Source: Haliotis rubra (taxonomy: Eukaryota). From it: 64,000 bases of DNA. The notes below the pieces were generated by a model that made no database searches, was not told the origin of the DNA, and was given only the letters and a program-made list of their open reading frames with translations. The position numbers were made by a program, and so were the translations under genes. Location of the stretch: NCBI RefSeq assembly GCF_003918875.1, contig NW_025767593.1, forward strand, positions 248,001-312,000. Reading direction: 5' to 3'. Numbering within the stretch: the stretch's first letter is position 1; the number at the start of each line of letters is the position of its first letter. This document shows positions 11,700-24,060 of the stretch, one piece after another.

Positions 11700-11800
11700 C
11701 TCTTATCAGATCACGTGCAAGGCTACGTTCTTATCATGAACCATTTCACACAGACGTCCTATTTCATGTTACTTATTTCAAGTGACGATAAGGTCACCCA
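11700..11800 (-). promoter_or_regulatory. Conserved upstream module of the sulfatase genes (GATA sites, CACGTG E-box, AGGTCA half-site)
   Basis: CTTATCAGATCACGTGCAAGGCTACGTTCTTATCAT. Homologous blocks lie at ~27037-27072, 35171-35193, 39523-39567 and 58369-58421. Confidence 0.55.
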
Positions 11801-11846
11801 GACATACCAATATCTCCCTCTCTCCCCTTCTCTGTGTTTACTGGTA

Positions 11847-12270
11847 TATGATGATGATGATCATAGGATATTTATATAGCGCACATATCCACGCAACTAG
11901 TACATGTTCAAGGTGCTTGAGCGTTCCTTTGATCAAACGATGTCTTTTTTTCTGGAATTTTTTTAACCATCTCAATTGCCTGGTAGGTATTCAGCTTCTG
12001 CACCTTGTTAGGCGCAGCGAGTTATAACACAGCCTCATCCTTACAAGGTACCCATTTGCCGCTGGGTGGACAGGGACACATAGTCACAGTGTTTTGTCCA
12101 ATGATACTGCACGTCACTATACCCACAACTACGTGTCTGCACGTGTGTCCACCATCCACCTACCGTCTGATGAGTGGGTTTTTTTAAGGGTGTGTACTGC
12201 ACTGTAGGTTTTGTGACCACACTGAACGAGCCTGAAAGTAATCTTAGGTCCAAGGTTTTTACACACGACT
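11847..12270 (-). mobile_element. Probable old SINE remnant (Deu-domain-like core)
   Basis: (ATG)n tail at the left end and GGTACCCATTT-x-GCTGGGTGGAC...GTGTTTTGTCCAA core. Family assigned from memory only. Confidence 0.4.
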
Positions 12271-12591
12271 ACAAGTGGGGATCAGTTATGTTTGCGCTAT
12301 ATTAGCGACTAGTCACAACCATATGCTGCCGTCATGAACAAGCTTCACCTTTGTGTACCGCTAAGTACTCTTACGCGAATGCTCGATTCTCTTCATATAT
12401 ATTCATGTTCAATTTTCTTCTTTTTTTTGAGTAATTTTAAGAATGACATTATATGATGAAAAGATTATTAACCTCGTGTATTTCCGTGTCATTAATATCA
12501 TATATTTGGAATAAAAAATATATATAGCTATATATGGCTCGCATAATACAATTTTTATTCCTAATACATGATATTAATGCAACTAATCTCT

Positions 12592-14195
12592 GTATATACA
12601 GTAGCTACACTTTAACAGCAACAGATCCCAGTGTTTATACAGTTGTAACACTTCAACAGGAACAGATACCAGTGTTTATGCACCAGTTATACTGTAACAG
12701 AAAAAGATACCAGTGTTTATACTCTATTAACACTTCAACAGCAACAGATACCGGTGTTTATGCACCAGTTTTAGTTCAACGGCAACAGATACCAGTGTTT
12801 ATACAGTAGCTTCACTTTAACATAAAAATATACCAGTGTTTATACTCTAGTTACACTTCAACGGCAACAGATACCAGTGTTTATGCACCAGTTATACTGT
12901 AACAGAAAAAGATACCAGTGTTTATACTCTATTAACACTTCAACAGCAACAGATACCGGTATTTATGCACCAGTTTTAGTTCAACGGCAAGAGATACCAG
13001 TGTTTATACACTAGTTACACTTCAACAGCAACAGATACCAGTGTTTATACACTAGTTACACTTCAACAGCAACAGATACCAGTGTTTGTACACTAGTTAC
13101 GCTTCAACAGCAACATATACCAGTGTTTATACACTAGTTACACTTCAACAGCAACAGATACCAGTGTTTGTACACTAGTTACGCTTCAACAGCAACATAT
13201 ACCAGTGTTTGTACACTAGTTACACTTCAACAGCAACAGATACCAGTGTTTGTGCACCAGTAATACTTCGACGGCAAGAGATACCAGTGTTTATACACTA
13301 GTTACACTTCAACAGCAACAGATACCAGTATTTATACACTAATTACACTTCAACAGCAACAGATACCAGTGTTTATACAGTAGTTACTCTCCAACGGCAA
13401 GAGATATCAGTGTCTATACACTAGTTACACTTCAACGACAACAGATACCAGTGTTTGTACTCTAGTTACACTTCAACAGCAACAGATACCAGTGTTTATA
13501 CACTAGTTACACTTCAACAGCAACAGATACCAGTGTTTATACACTAGTTACACTTCAACAGCAACAGATACCAGTGTTTGTACACTAGTTACACTTCAAC
13601 AGCAACAGATACCAGTGTTTATACACTAGTTACACTTCAACAGCAACAGATACCGGTGTTTATACACTAGTTACACTTCAACAGCAACGGATACCACTGT
13701 TTATACACTAGTTACACTTCAACAGCAACAGATACCAGTGTTTATACACTAGTTACACTTCAACAGCAAGAGATACCAGTGTTTATACACTAGTTACACT
13801 TCAACAGCAACAGATACCAATGTTTATACACTAGTTACACTTCAACAGCAACAGATACCAATGTTTATACACTAGTTACACTTCAACAGCAACAGATACC
13901 AGTGTTTGTACACTAGTTACACTTCAACAGCAACAGATACAAGTGTTTGTGCACCAGTTATACTTCGACGGCAACAGATACCAGTGTTTATACACTAGTT
14001 ACACTTCAACAGCAACAGATACCAGTATTTTTACACTAATTACACTTCAACAGCAACAGATACCAGTGTTTATACAGTAGTTACTCTTCAACGGCAAGAG
14101 ATACCAGTGTCTATACAGTAGTTACACTTCAACGACAACAGATACCAGTGTTTATATTCTAGTTACACTTCGACAGCAACAGATAACAGTGTTTT
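12592..14195 (+). repeat. Second array of the 41-bp minisatellite (~39 units)
   Basis: Same unit as 2966-6320 and followed by the same right-hand flank. Confidence 0.97.
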
Positions 14196-14261
14196 ATAAT
14201 AATGTTTATTGTTTCCACATTATCCGTGAAGTGTTGAAGTGATGTTTGTCTCTGTTCGCAG

Positions 14262-14362
14262 CGATCCCTTCCACGCAATGTATACGCTGAGCTATCTGTA
14301 TTACACCCCTACAGCCATGACGATCCTGGTCATCGTCGGACTCATAGTTAGTTTTATAACAG
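14262..14362 (+). pseudogene. Duplicated orphan SLC5 exon, identical to 6386-6486
   Basis: The 101-nt exon is identical by eye and keeps its AG/GT sites. Homology ends at ~14408 and no copy of the downstream exons was found. Confidence 0.8.
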
Positions 14363-14419
14363 GTTTGTAGAACACGTCTTCGAGAGTCTTTCCACCGTCA
14401 ACAAGTGCAGTCATTATTA

Positions 14420-15140
14420 TCAGCTATATTCAACTGTCAGGGTTAAGGATAAACATAGATAAGTCTACAGCTACCTGGATAGGCTTAAACGCAGATAAAA
14501 GAGATATAATTTGACAAGAAGACTTGAAGAAATTAATAGATTACTGGCAAGACATTTCACATTGATTGGCAAAATCACTATTATTGGCTCTTTCAAATTT
14601 ATTTACATTTTCAAATCTTCATCTAACCCACCTGGTGAATTTATCACTTCCCTTGAGAGAGTATTTTTCATATATATTTGGTATGAAAAAGGACAAAATT
14701 AAACGGAGCACTTTACAAAATAAAATACTGAATGGAATTTACCCATGACTGATATTAAAACCTTTGTTAATGCCATGAAATTATCTACACTCAGACTCTA
14801 TTTGAGAAGAACAAATATGAGTAATCAGTGCAATTTTCCATTAAATGCTATATTAAAATATAGAACACATTTTCAGAATATTGTAGACATTGATCATCCT
14901 TTTTGGAAAGATGTTTTAATGGCATGGAAATTAAGCTGTAATAAAGTACCATAGAAGCAGAGGACATTAAAGGAATTTTATTGCAACCCTTATGGTTGAA
15001 TAAAAATTTAAAACCCCAAATCACTTTATTAGACATTTGACTACAAATGGAATTTTGACAATTTAGGACCTTTGTACTGAAGATGGTTTTATGTCTTTTG
15101 AAGATCTAATGATTTAAAGTTCAAATTTGATATTAGAGGT
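14420..15140 (+). mobile_element. L1/Tx1-type LINE ORF2 C-terminal remnant
   Basis: Fragments INIDKSTATWIG, RHFTLIGKITII, FFIYIW...KIKRSTL and DIKTFVNAMKLS, with many frameshifts. Confidence 0.6.
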
Positions 15141-15148
15141 ACATATAT

Positions 15149-15309
15149 GGAGATCCGTGATAAGAATATTGATCTTCGGTAACCCATGCTTGTCGTAAGA
15201 GGCGACTAACGGGATCGGGTAGTCAGGCTCACGGACTTGGTTGACACATGTCATCGGTTCCAAATTGCGCTGATCAATCCTCATGTTGTTGATCACTGGA
15301 TTGTCTGGT
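15149..15309 (+). mobile_element. Structured-head SINE-like element, partial copy
   Basis: Homologous to 28683-28860 and 43053-43315 (AACCCATGCTTGTCGTAAGAGGCGACTAACGGGATCGGG). Confidence 0.8.
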
Positions 15310-15485
15310 AAAGTTCTGGTCTTGCCTGGTCCCGTTCTGGTCTTAAACGAATCTTTACAAGGAATATCACCAAGTGTCCTCTGATATCTATTAATATCCG
15401 TCACAGCTCGGGAAAGCTAAAGAAATTTGAGCCTGTGTCCATATCGGTTTGGGTGTGAACATAATGCCTAAATATCTGTAGAAGG

Positions 15486-16870
15486 CTACAACTTCAATAT
15501 TGTCGCCATTGTGGGTCCACATTCATAACTTCTGAGGGGTCCACCATTTCTAAAGACCATGACGTTTGTTTTTTTCAAGTTCACTTTCATTCCAGTTTCT
15601 AAGCAAAATAATTTCAGAGCATCTATTTTCATTTGGTGTTGAACATTTGAATATGCTACAGAGGACACGTCATCGGGAAACACTATTCCAAAAACATTTG
15701 TAAAGTCTTATGAGATAAAAACACCATCTCCTCCAACATCTTCCAGTTGTTTTGTGGGGTTTATAAAGCGTTGGCTCGTACCCGGGTTGATCCCATATGA
15801 TAAATGAGTTGAGGAATATGATACAAGAGGGCTCAAAACAGCCGTGGAGGCTGCCATATTATTGAAATAATCCGTTAATCCTCTTGAACCCCTCACACAA
15901 GCACACGGCCTGAATACAAAGATGGAAGTACATTATAAACGTTTCCCTTAATTCCAACATCCTTCAAACTGTGTAATAAAATAGCATGTCTTATAGTGTC
16001 AAATGCATTTGAAAAGACCACAAAAAGGCAGTAAAATTTCCCTTTCCTTTTTCTGGTATATTTCTGTATCATTGCTTGCAGATTGAATATATAGTAGAAT
16101 AGTTGAGTAATTTGATCTTAAACCTGCCTGATGATATTGTCTTCACAGAAAGTCTTGAGTCTCCAGTTTAATATTTAGTAGTACATATTTTACACATGGT
16201 ATCAATCAATGAAATTTCCATGTAGTTGTTAACATCATTCTCATCCCCAGATTTGAAAAGAGGGCAAATAATACTTCTATTCCAAACAGTAGGAAATACA
16301 CCACTGTCAAATATCTGATTGTAAAGGACTGTAATTGTTGGTAAACTAGTACTTGTGATCAACTCCATCTGGTCCAGGTGATATATTATTTGCTAACTCT
16401 TTAATATGCTGTTCAACTTCTTGGCGGCTAATAGGTTGATTTAATTCTGCTGTTGTAACACTGTCATCTTCATCTATAGTAGGAGGTAAAGTAGGTGTAT
16501 GTTCTGTTTGGAGGAGAGACGAAAAGTGATCTGTGCATTCCTGGGTACTGATTCCTTCTGGCATGTGTGATTGTCTCCCCCGTTTCAACAATTTCCAGAA
16601 TATTTTAGGGTTTTATCTTGAATCAATTAGTTTTTGTTTCTGTTCATCCTGGTAGGATTATATTTTGATAATAAATGCTTTCTTGAATTTAATGCGTAGC
16701 CCCCTGAATAGGTTAAAGTCCAAGTTATGGTCGCTATGCCCCCTCAGTGCACGATATTTCTCATTCTTTAGGTCTTCAAGTTCACTGTCCCACCAGGGAG
16801 GTTGACTGTATAATTTGGACTTGGAATTATGTTACAACTGGTGAAGTAGACTCTCTTGTTTATAGATGCT
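15486..16870 (-). mobile_element. LINE reverse-transcriptase remnant (CR1/L2/RTE-X-like)
   Basis: SPGPDGV; YNQIFDSGVFPTVWNRSIICPLFKSGDENDVNNY; MFPDDV...GMKVNLKKTNVMVF. Frameshifted. Confidence 0.8.
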
Positions 16871-16885
16871 GCTTCTTGATAAACA

Positions 16886-17053
16886 GGGCGGTGGGGTAGC
16901 CTAGTGGTTAAAGCGTTCGCTCGTCACGGCGAAGACCCGAGTTCGATTCCCCACATGGATATAATGTGTGGAGCCCATTTCTGGTGTCCCCGCCGTGATA
17001 TTGCTGGAATATTGGTAACAGCGGCGTAAAACTAAACTCACTCACTCACTCAC
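16886..17053 (+). mobile_element. tRNA-derived SINE with 12-bp TSD
   Basis: A box TAGCCTAGTGG, B box GTTCGATTCC and an (ACTC)n tail. TSD TCTTGATAAACA at 16874-16885 and 17054-17065. Confidence 0.92.
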
Positions 17054-17306
17054 TCTTGATAAACATTAACAAGTAAACATAATGCAGAGTTCTGACCAGG
17101 GAGTTGCTTCATTGCCACTTGCGACACACTTGCCATGGGTTTGTAGATCATTGGAGTCTTAATGGATGAAATCCAACTTACAGAAGTTTTACATCGCTGT
17201 CCCAAATGGAGATCTCATTAACTCAATATCGGGCCCAAATCGGTTGTTTTACACAGTCAAATAGTAAAGAAGAAGACCTACATTACTTACAATAGGAGGG
17301 AAAGGT

Positions 17307-18930
17307 ATGAACATGTGCATCAGACTTTTAATCATGTTGAGTTGCCTACCGATTGTGAGTGGAGACGTCGAGTGCAACCAGAGACCCGGTCCGACCACAA
17401 CACAACAAACTACACTGTCAGTGAGTGAAAGCGGCTCAATCGACCTAAAATTAGGGATAAATCGGAAGAAAAAGTACGTACGTTTTTTAGTGGGAAGCTA
17501 CACATGGATAACAGCAAAGATATGATAACTGTGCTCTGAATTTGATAATAACAGTAGTGAAATATAATAAAAACAAAATGAAACAAAGAGATAAAACACC
17601 AAATTTGAACTACATTATGGAAGACGTAAAGACAACATATTATGCTGAACGTTTTAACGCCTATTCAAATTGCAAATATGACAGCTTCACAAAATTTTGG
17701 TCACTATGTCACAATCTGTTCTGTTAACCTAGCGCTATATATAATGTACTGCTATTATATTTTCAAGTACCTATTCATTTCCACCTGAATGCACATTTGC
17801 CTGCAAATCGACTTTGAATATATTTGCGAATCATGTTTATACCAACCCGTTATGTAATGAACTGTATGACCTGGATGTATGGAGAATCAAAATAAATAAT
17901 AAAAAAAAGGATATGACAAGCATACGTGCACACAGACTAAATCAGAGAAGAAATGATTCTCCTATCATAGCAAAATTCCTCCTGACAAATGATAAGAGCA
18001 ATATTTTCAAGCAAACCTATATAGGAATCACAGGAACGAAGAGCTAGGACACGAGTGACAGAATATTTTCCGCAGTCAGTGCCCGAGGATCGACGAGCAT
18101 TATCGCCGTGGTTTGTGCAAGCGCAAGATGCGGGAAAACCTAAAATGTGTCTCAACAAGATGCTAGTTCAAGGGAAAGTAGTCGTGTATGACAAAATGTC
18201 TATGTTCGTCAAGAATATTTCACGCAATCAACCACACAGCTTACAACCAACAGGTAACCAGCGCACATGGGCATATTTTGTTTGGACCCGGAAACAGGGG
18301 ACGCCCCACTCCAAGGGAGGCTACTCCCATGCCGATGTCTCAAAACATAAACACGTGAAGAGATGGCCACGGCCTCACATTTTACATTCTTTCATGGAAC
18401 ACAGAAGGATTACATAAACACGATACCCAAGATTCGCAGGTAAAACGTTTTTGCTCGTATTATGACTAGATTGCCTTGTATGATTTGAAACGTTTTCGAT
18501 CATGTAACAGTGTACGGATAAAAACTACGAAATTTGGTCGGTACAGTGATTGCGTAATAATTTTCACCAGACAGTCATGGCTGAATGTATGAACATTTTG
18601 AAAATACATGGGTTTTCCTGTTCAAAACATCAAGATTAGGTAGTGTAAATCATACAGTACTGATTCTGACATATCTTTCACCTGAAAACTCTCACATCTA
18701 TGAGGATACAGATAAAGATGGCATGTCTGTTTTGGAGGATTATTTGACCCAGATAGTTTATGACCACCCTGATATGGAACTTTTCTTAACAGGTGATTTG
18801 AACGCAGGACTAAAACATTCCTTGAATACATACCTGAAGATAACACTGACTTCGTACAAAAAGGCTCTGATGAATACCCCACTGACAGCTTTGAAGTTCC
18901 CAGGAGCAATACGGATTCAGATACAAGAAG
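17307..18930 (+). mobile_element. Non-LTR retrotransposon 5' remnant (ORF1 with degenerate 2A-like motif plus endonuclease), apparently interrupted by an A-tailed LINE fragment at ~17475-17908
   Basis: SGDVECNQRPGP; IRAHRL...PIIAKF...VTEYFP (ORF1 C-terminus); YLSPENS...LTGDLNA (APE endonuclease). Confidence 0.6.
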
Positions 18931-20048
18931 ATCACGAGGGCATGTAATCAGGTAACTTAGTAGTGGAGAAGATCATGATGTAATGTAATCCTGTAGTGGA
19001 GAAGATCATGAGGGCATGTAATCAGGTAACCCAGTTGTGGAGAAGATCACGAGGTAATGTAATCCTGTAGTGCAGAAGTTCACGAGGTAATGTAATCACG
19101 TAGTCCAGTAGTGGAGAAGATCATGAGGGACCGTAATCCTGTTATCGTGTAGAGGAAAAGATCACGTTGGAATGTAATCCTGTAGTGGAGAAGATTACGA
19201 GAGCATGTAATCAGGTAACCCAGCAATGGAGAAGATCACAAGGGAATGTAAGCCTGCTGTCCAGTAGAGGAGAAGATCACGAGGGACTGTAACCCTGCTG
19301 TCCAGTAGAGGAGAAGAAGATCATGAATGTAATCCTGCTGTCCAGTAGAGGAGAAGATTACGAGGGAATGTAATCCTGCTGTCCATGGCTAGAAGAGGAG
19401 AAGATCATGAGAAACTGTAATCCTGCTGTCCAGTAGAGGGGAAGATCACGAGGGACTGTAATCCTGCTGTCCATTAGAGGAGAAGATCACGAGGGAATGT
19501 AATCCTGCTGTCCAGTAGAGGAGAAGATCATGAGGGAATGTAATCCTGCTGTCCAGTAGAGGAGAAGATCATGAGGAAATGTAATCCTGCTGTCCAGTAG
19601 AGGAGAAGATCATGAGGGACTGTAATCATGCTGTCCATTAGAGGAGAAGATCATGAGGGAATGTAATCCTGCTGTCCATTAGAGGAGAAGATCATGAGGG
19701 ACTGTAATCCTGCTGTCCAGTAGAGGAGAAGATCATGAGGGAATGTAATCCTGCTGTCCATGGCTAATAGAGGAGAAGATCATGAGAAACTGTAATCCTG
19801 CTGTCCAGTAGAGGGGAAGATCACGAGGGACTGTAATCCTGCTGTCCAGTAGAGGAGAAGATCATGAGGGAATGTAATCCTGCTGTCCAGTAGAGGAGAA
19901 GATCATGAGGAAATGTAATCCTGCTGTCCAGTAGAGGAGAAGATCATGAGGGACTGTAATCCTGCTGTCCAGTAGTGGAGAAGATCATGAGGGAATGTAA
20001 TACTTCCGTCCAGTAGTGGAGAAGATCGCGAGGGCATGTAATCAGGTA
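18925..20048 (+). repeat. 41-bp minisatellite (GTAATCCTGCTGTCCAGTAGAGGAGAAGATCATGAGGGAAT)n
   Basis: Direct tandem repeat, homogeneous in the centre and degenerate at the edges. Confidence 0.95.
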
Positions 20049-20519
20049 AGCATAAAACCTGTCCAAGAATATTTTGGACACACCAACTTCAGTCCATACT
20101 ACCTGAGTGTACGAGAGCAAAAGAAACATTAGGACAAAGCCATGCCCATGTATGCATACTCGACAGAGCAGAATGTGCAACGCCAGACCTAACTGCCAAC
20201 ACACTGTCAGCTACCTTTGCATGAACCCACAGTTCCAGCTGCAGCAGACTCGGGACTACAAACAGACGTCAGCTTTGTCCTTCCAGAAATGCCAGATGCA
20301 CTTGTTGCGGACAGTACACTAAGTGAAACCACTCATGTTGGTCTCAAACACTTTGACTTCCCTTCCGATTCTGACCACAGGCCCTTGTGTCTTTGCGAGT
20401 ATTAAAGGTTAAAATCTTGTATTGTTTTAGATGATCCCCCGACTCGAAATGCTTCACAGTACAATGCATTATGACAAGGCCGGACACTTCGGTGTACCAC
20501 ACCCGCCTGCTTTGCCGAT

Positions 20520-21620
20520 CCCTACGCTAACATCGCATGCAATCGATTAAATCTTAACGCAAACATAATCGTGGGTGATTGGTCTATCGATCACCACTGA
20601 TGACACCTACCTTTTCTTTATTGTTATGTTTGCAAGTCGATTGAAACCCGATTTTGACCCTCAACTAAACGATCTTGACTCAAATGGATGACGATATGGC
20701 CGCACAAAACGGGGCTGTGGTCGAAGCAAGCCCAGGGGCAATCATGAGCAATCGTGATAACCGTAGGTCAACCGTGAACGACACGTGATATAATTGGTAG
20801 AGCAGTAACAGCCATGTAAGACCTCTATAGACACGACTGACTACGATTAACTGCCGATGATGTCCCGTAATGGTTGCGACAAAATTATTCCTTACAAAAA
20901 CAACGGCGTCCCCGACACGGTTTGACGCGAATAGGCCCCGACTGACCAACGTAATGCCGGAATAAGACACTACTCACGATTAACTCGCAACAGAGCCCCA
21001 ACGAGACCCGACCACTTCACGGCTATAAAAACCTTTCGCCGATGTAAGGCGATCCCATAACTGTTCCGACTTCAGTGCACTCATATCAAGTTTATTACTA
21101 AAACTGCCTAGAGGAGGAAAAACTCGTTCAACTGGAAAAGGGGAAGAAGACACTTCGGCCCCCGACTCCCACCATTGTGGAAAAAAGTCAGCAAGAAGCT
21201 CCCTCCCCCAAGCAGCAATAGGAGGAGAGGAGTCTCAGGATGACGTCCTTGAGGGTCCACCCAAGAAGAAGTCAAGGGTTACAGTTAATCTCACACCAGA
21301 CCAGGAGGAGGACATGGTGGACTTCATTCAGAACAGCCCCTTCTTCAAATATACTTGGGCATCAGATATGTGTCCCATGCCCTCAACGTCCACCCACTCG
21401 TGAGTCTGTCGTGATATTAAGTAGGTATCTCGCAGTGTAAACGGCAGTTAATCGTAGCTTATTGGAATACATCGGCAGAAATCGGATATCGGCTCCTTAT
21501 TGTAATCTATTTGTACGATATCTTGAACGTCGGAACTGTAAGTATACCGCAAGTCACAAGTAGAAAATAGAGATATAAAGACAATTTCTCTGATTACAGC
21601 CGATTCAATCGTAGGTGGAA
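20520..21620. mobile_element. Possible non-autonomous DNA transposon remnant (Harbinger-like, MADF-like fragment)
   Basis: Internal inverted repeat CTACGATTAACTGCCG (20841-20856 / 21442-21457). Plus-strand KKSRVTVNLTPDQEEDMVDFIQNSPFF resembles a MADF N-terminus. Termini not identified. Confidence 0.35.
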
Positions 21621-21649
21621 CATTGTATACTATCCGTAGCTGCTGTCAA

Positions 21650-22420
21650 GAATGGCACAACTGGACCAACCTTTGTTGGACAAATGTTATGTCTTTGGAT
21701 AAATCAAGGTTTACTTTGGACTCCATTGACAAGCGCATCCGATTGTAGGTAGAGTAAGTGTTGTTATGCCGTTCGCCTCAGACAGTGCGATCGTTTTTGG
21801 GATGGCTCAGGAATGGTGTTTGATAACTGTGACTGGCAGAACACGGACGTGTAACTGGGCAGTACTACCGTGACATCAAACTGGAGCAACATGTAGTGCC
21901 ATTTTCTTGCCAGGCATGGACATATTTTTTCTTTCGGGATGAGACAACAATAACACACAGGGTTCGTATTGGTACTGAGTGCATCCAACAGGATAACATA
22001 ACCACCTTAACAGACCAGCATTCAGTCCAGATGTGTCACCGATCGAACATGGGATCATAACTTGTGACACCTGGCTACATCTCTGGCATCTCTCTGACGA
22101 ACCTTATGCCCCAGGATGTCCCAAACATGCTCGATAAGGTTCAAATCAGGACTTCCGGCTGGCCATGGGAGGGTGGTAATGGCTTCTGGCTGGCCATGGA
22201 AGGGTGGTAATGGCTTCTTGATGCAGGAAATCAATGACTGCGCGTGTGCGAAGTGGCCTGACTGCGTCATCAAGGTTGCATTTTCTTTTAGCAATTATGC
22301 TTTCTGAATATATATTGTTGTGTGGCAGTGTTATTCGTTGTGTAACAATGTTCCAAGTATAATGTCAATAAATGTGGGCTTTGAGCATTTACTGTGCATG
22401 GAAATAGCGCGGTACAAATG
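21650..22420. mobile_element. Two opposed Tc1/mariner transposase remnants
   Basis: Plus strand: RPAFSPDVSPIEH at ~22010-22050. Minus strand: WPAGSPDLNLIEHVWDILG at ~22110-22170. Confidence 0.7.
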
Positions 22421-22424
22421 GACT

Positions 22425-23560
22425 ATAATAATAATAATAATAATAATAATAACTCCTTGCCAAAGGAGATTCCAATTTGAAAGAGCAGGTTCTCCTTGTC
22501 GAGTCCTTTTCTAATGATATTGGCATGACATTTGGACTCGACAAATGTAATACTCTTCATTTGAAACGTGGCAAGGTAACTAATGATGGATCGGTCAAGT
22601 AACGAGGGGGAGGAGTTATTGAGCATCTTGTGGAAGATCAGGCCTACACCTATCTTGGAATGTAAAAAAAAAAATACATGCAGTGTGTTGAACAGAATAG
22701 CAATCCCACCGACTCCTTCGCCTGGATGAAGTCGGCTGGTCTTAAATGTGAAACTGAGGGCTTCCTTTTTGCTGCTCAGGACCAGTCACTTCCCACTCGT
22801 AATCGCCTAAATGTGATTCTGAAAGAGAATATTAACATGAAATGTCGACTTTGCAATGAATTTACAGAGACTGTCCAACACCTTGTCAGTGGATGCCCTT
22901 CCTTGGCACAAACAGCATATCTTAAACGACATGATGGCATGGCTCGTTGCTTTTACTACCGTCTCCGACATGCCTGTGGCTTTGACTCCGAGGTCCATCC
23001 ATGGTACGACCCTGAACATGTCCAGGGCGTCATGGAAAATAATGCTTTCAAACTTCTGTGGAATAGGCCCATATACAGCCTCAGAAGAATTCCAGCTAAC
23101 AAACCTGATCTTGTCCTTTTTTGATAAAGCCAATGAATTTATTTATATCATTGAATTTTCTGTCCCTTTTGACACCAATGTGATTGGCAAGATTAAGGAA
23201 AAGCATGATAAATATGCGGACCTCGCCTTTGAAATGTCTCGCTTGCATCCCAAGTACACTGTCGTCAGGCTCCCCATTGTTCTCGGTGCCCTTGGTTTGG
23301 TACCTCCTGATCTCTTGGCGCAGATCAGGAGAGTGCCCGGGTTCTCCACCGGGAGCACAGCCCTTCTGACACTCTGGGTAATGCAGAAGGCTGCAGTGTT
23401 GGGGAGCCTTCATATTCTCCGGAAAGTTCTTGGTGCGTTCGACTAGAGGGGGGCAAGGACCCTGAGCTGATGATGAGCCTTACCAGCCTGACTGTGCCAG
23501 GATCACCCGAACCCTGTCTGCTGCATACAATTTTTAATCTGTAAAACATAATAAAATGTT
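22425..23560 (+). mobile_element. R4/Dong-clade non-LTR retrotransposon 3' fragment, abutting a (TAA)n microsatellite
   Basis: ETEGFLFAAQDQSLPTRN; CCHC knuckle CRLC...ETVQHLVSGC; YLKRHD; restriction-like endonuclease KPDLVL...IIEFSVPFD. One frameshift at ~23120. A (TAA)n run sits at 22425-22452. Confidence 0.85.
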
Positions 23561-23565
23561 CTACA

Positions 23566-24060
23566 TTATTCCTGACTCTGTCGAACACGACAGCCTAAAC
23601 TGTTCTGTTGCATGGACTGGTTGACAGCTCGTACTCTGTAAGGCCTGGCATTGTCATTCAAAAATTTGGGTAGCAAGAGGATGGTAATCAATATGTGGGA
23701 CAACACACCTCTCAGGGATCCCCTGTTGATGTCATTGGTAATGATGTCCATCTTGCAACCCAAGGAAATGCATCCCCATATCATGATTGACCCTTCCTTA
23801 AAGAAAACCGTCTCTTGTCTCTAGGCCATCCACCATATGTAATGAGAAACCCTCCGCCATGATGCAATATTACACCGGGTAAGTCGAACTGCTTTGTGAG
23901 CTGGAGTTTTATACACCTGGTCGGTCTCCTGGTCCTGTACTCTGGTGCACACTCGATTCCTGGAGGACATACAGGAAATGACCGTCCCTGGTTGCCTAAA
24001 CGATGTGCTTGAGTCCAATGAACGACACCCAACAAGTCTCAACAATGCTCTAGCTCTCAT
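23566..24060 (-). mobile_element. Tc1/mariner transposase remnant
   Basis: MIWGCIS and NDNARPYR motifs, heavily degenerate. Confidence 0.6.

Noticed and set aside
11650-11700. N-terminal extensions of sulfatase 1 (to 11700) and sulfatase 4 (to 39489)
   Set aside because: The extensions are not conserved between copies, copy 1's begins at a non-ATG codon, and the signal peptide begins at MAMTL.
16886-16960. tRNA gene (also at 56070)
   Set aside because: The tRNA-like head continues into a SINE body and tail and is bounded by TSDs.
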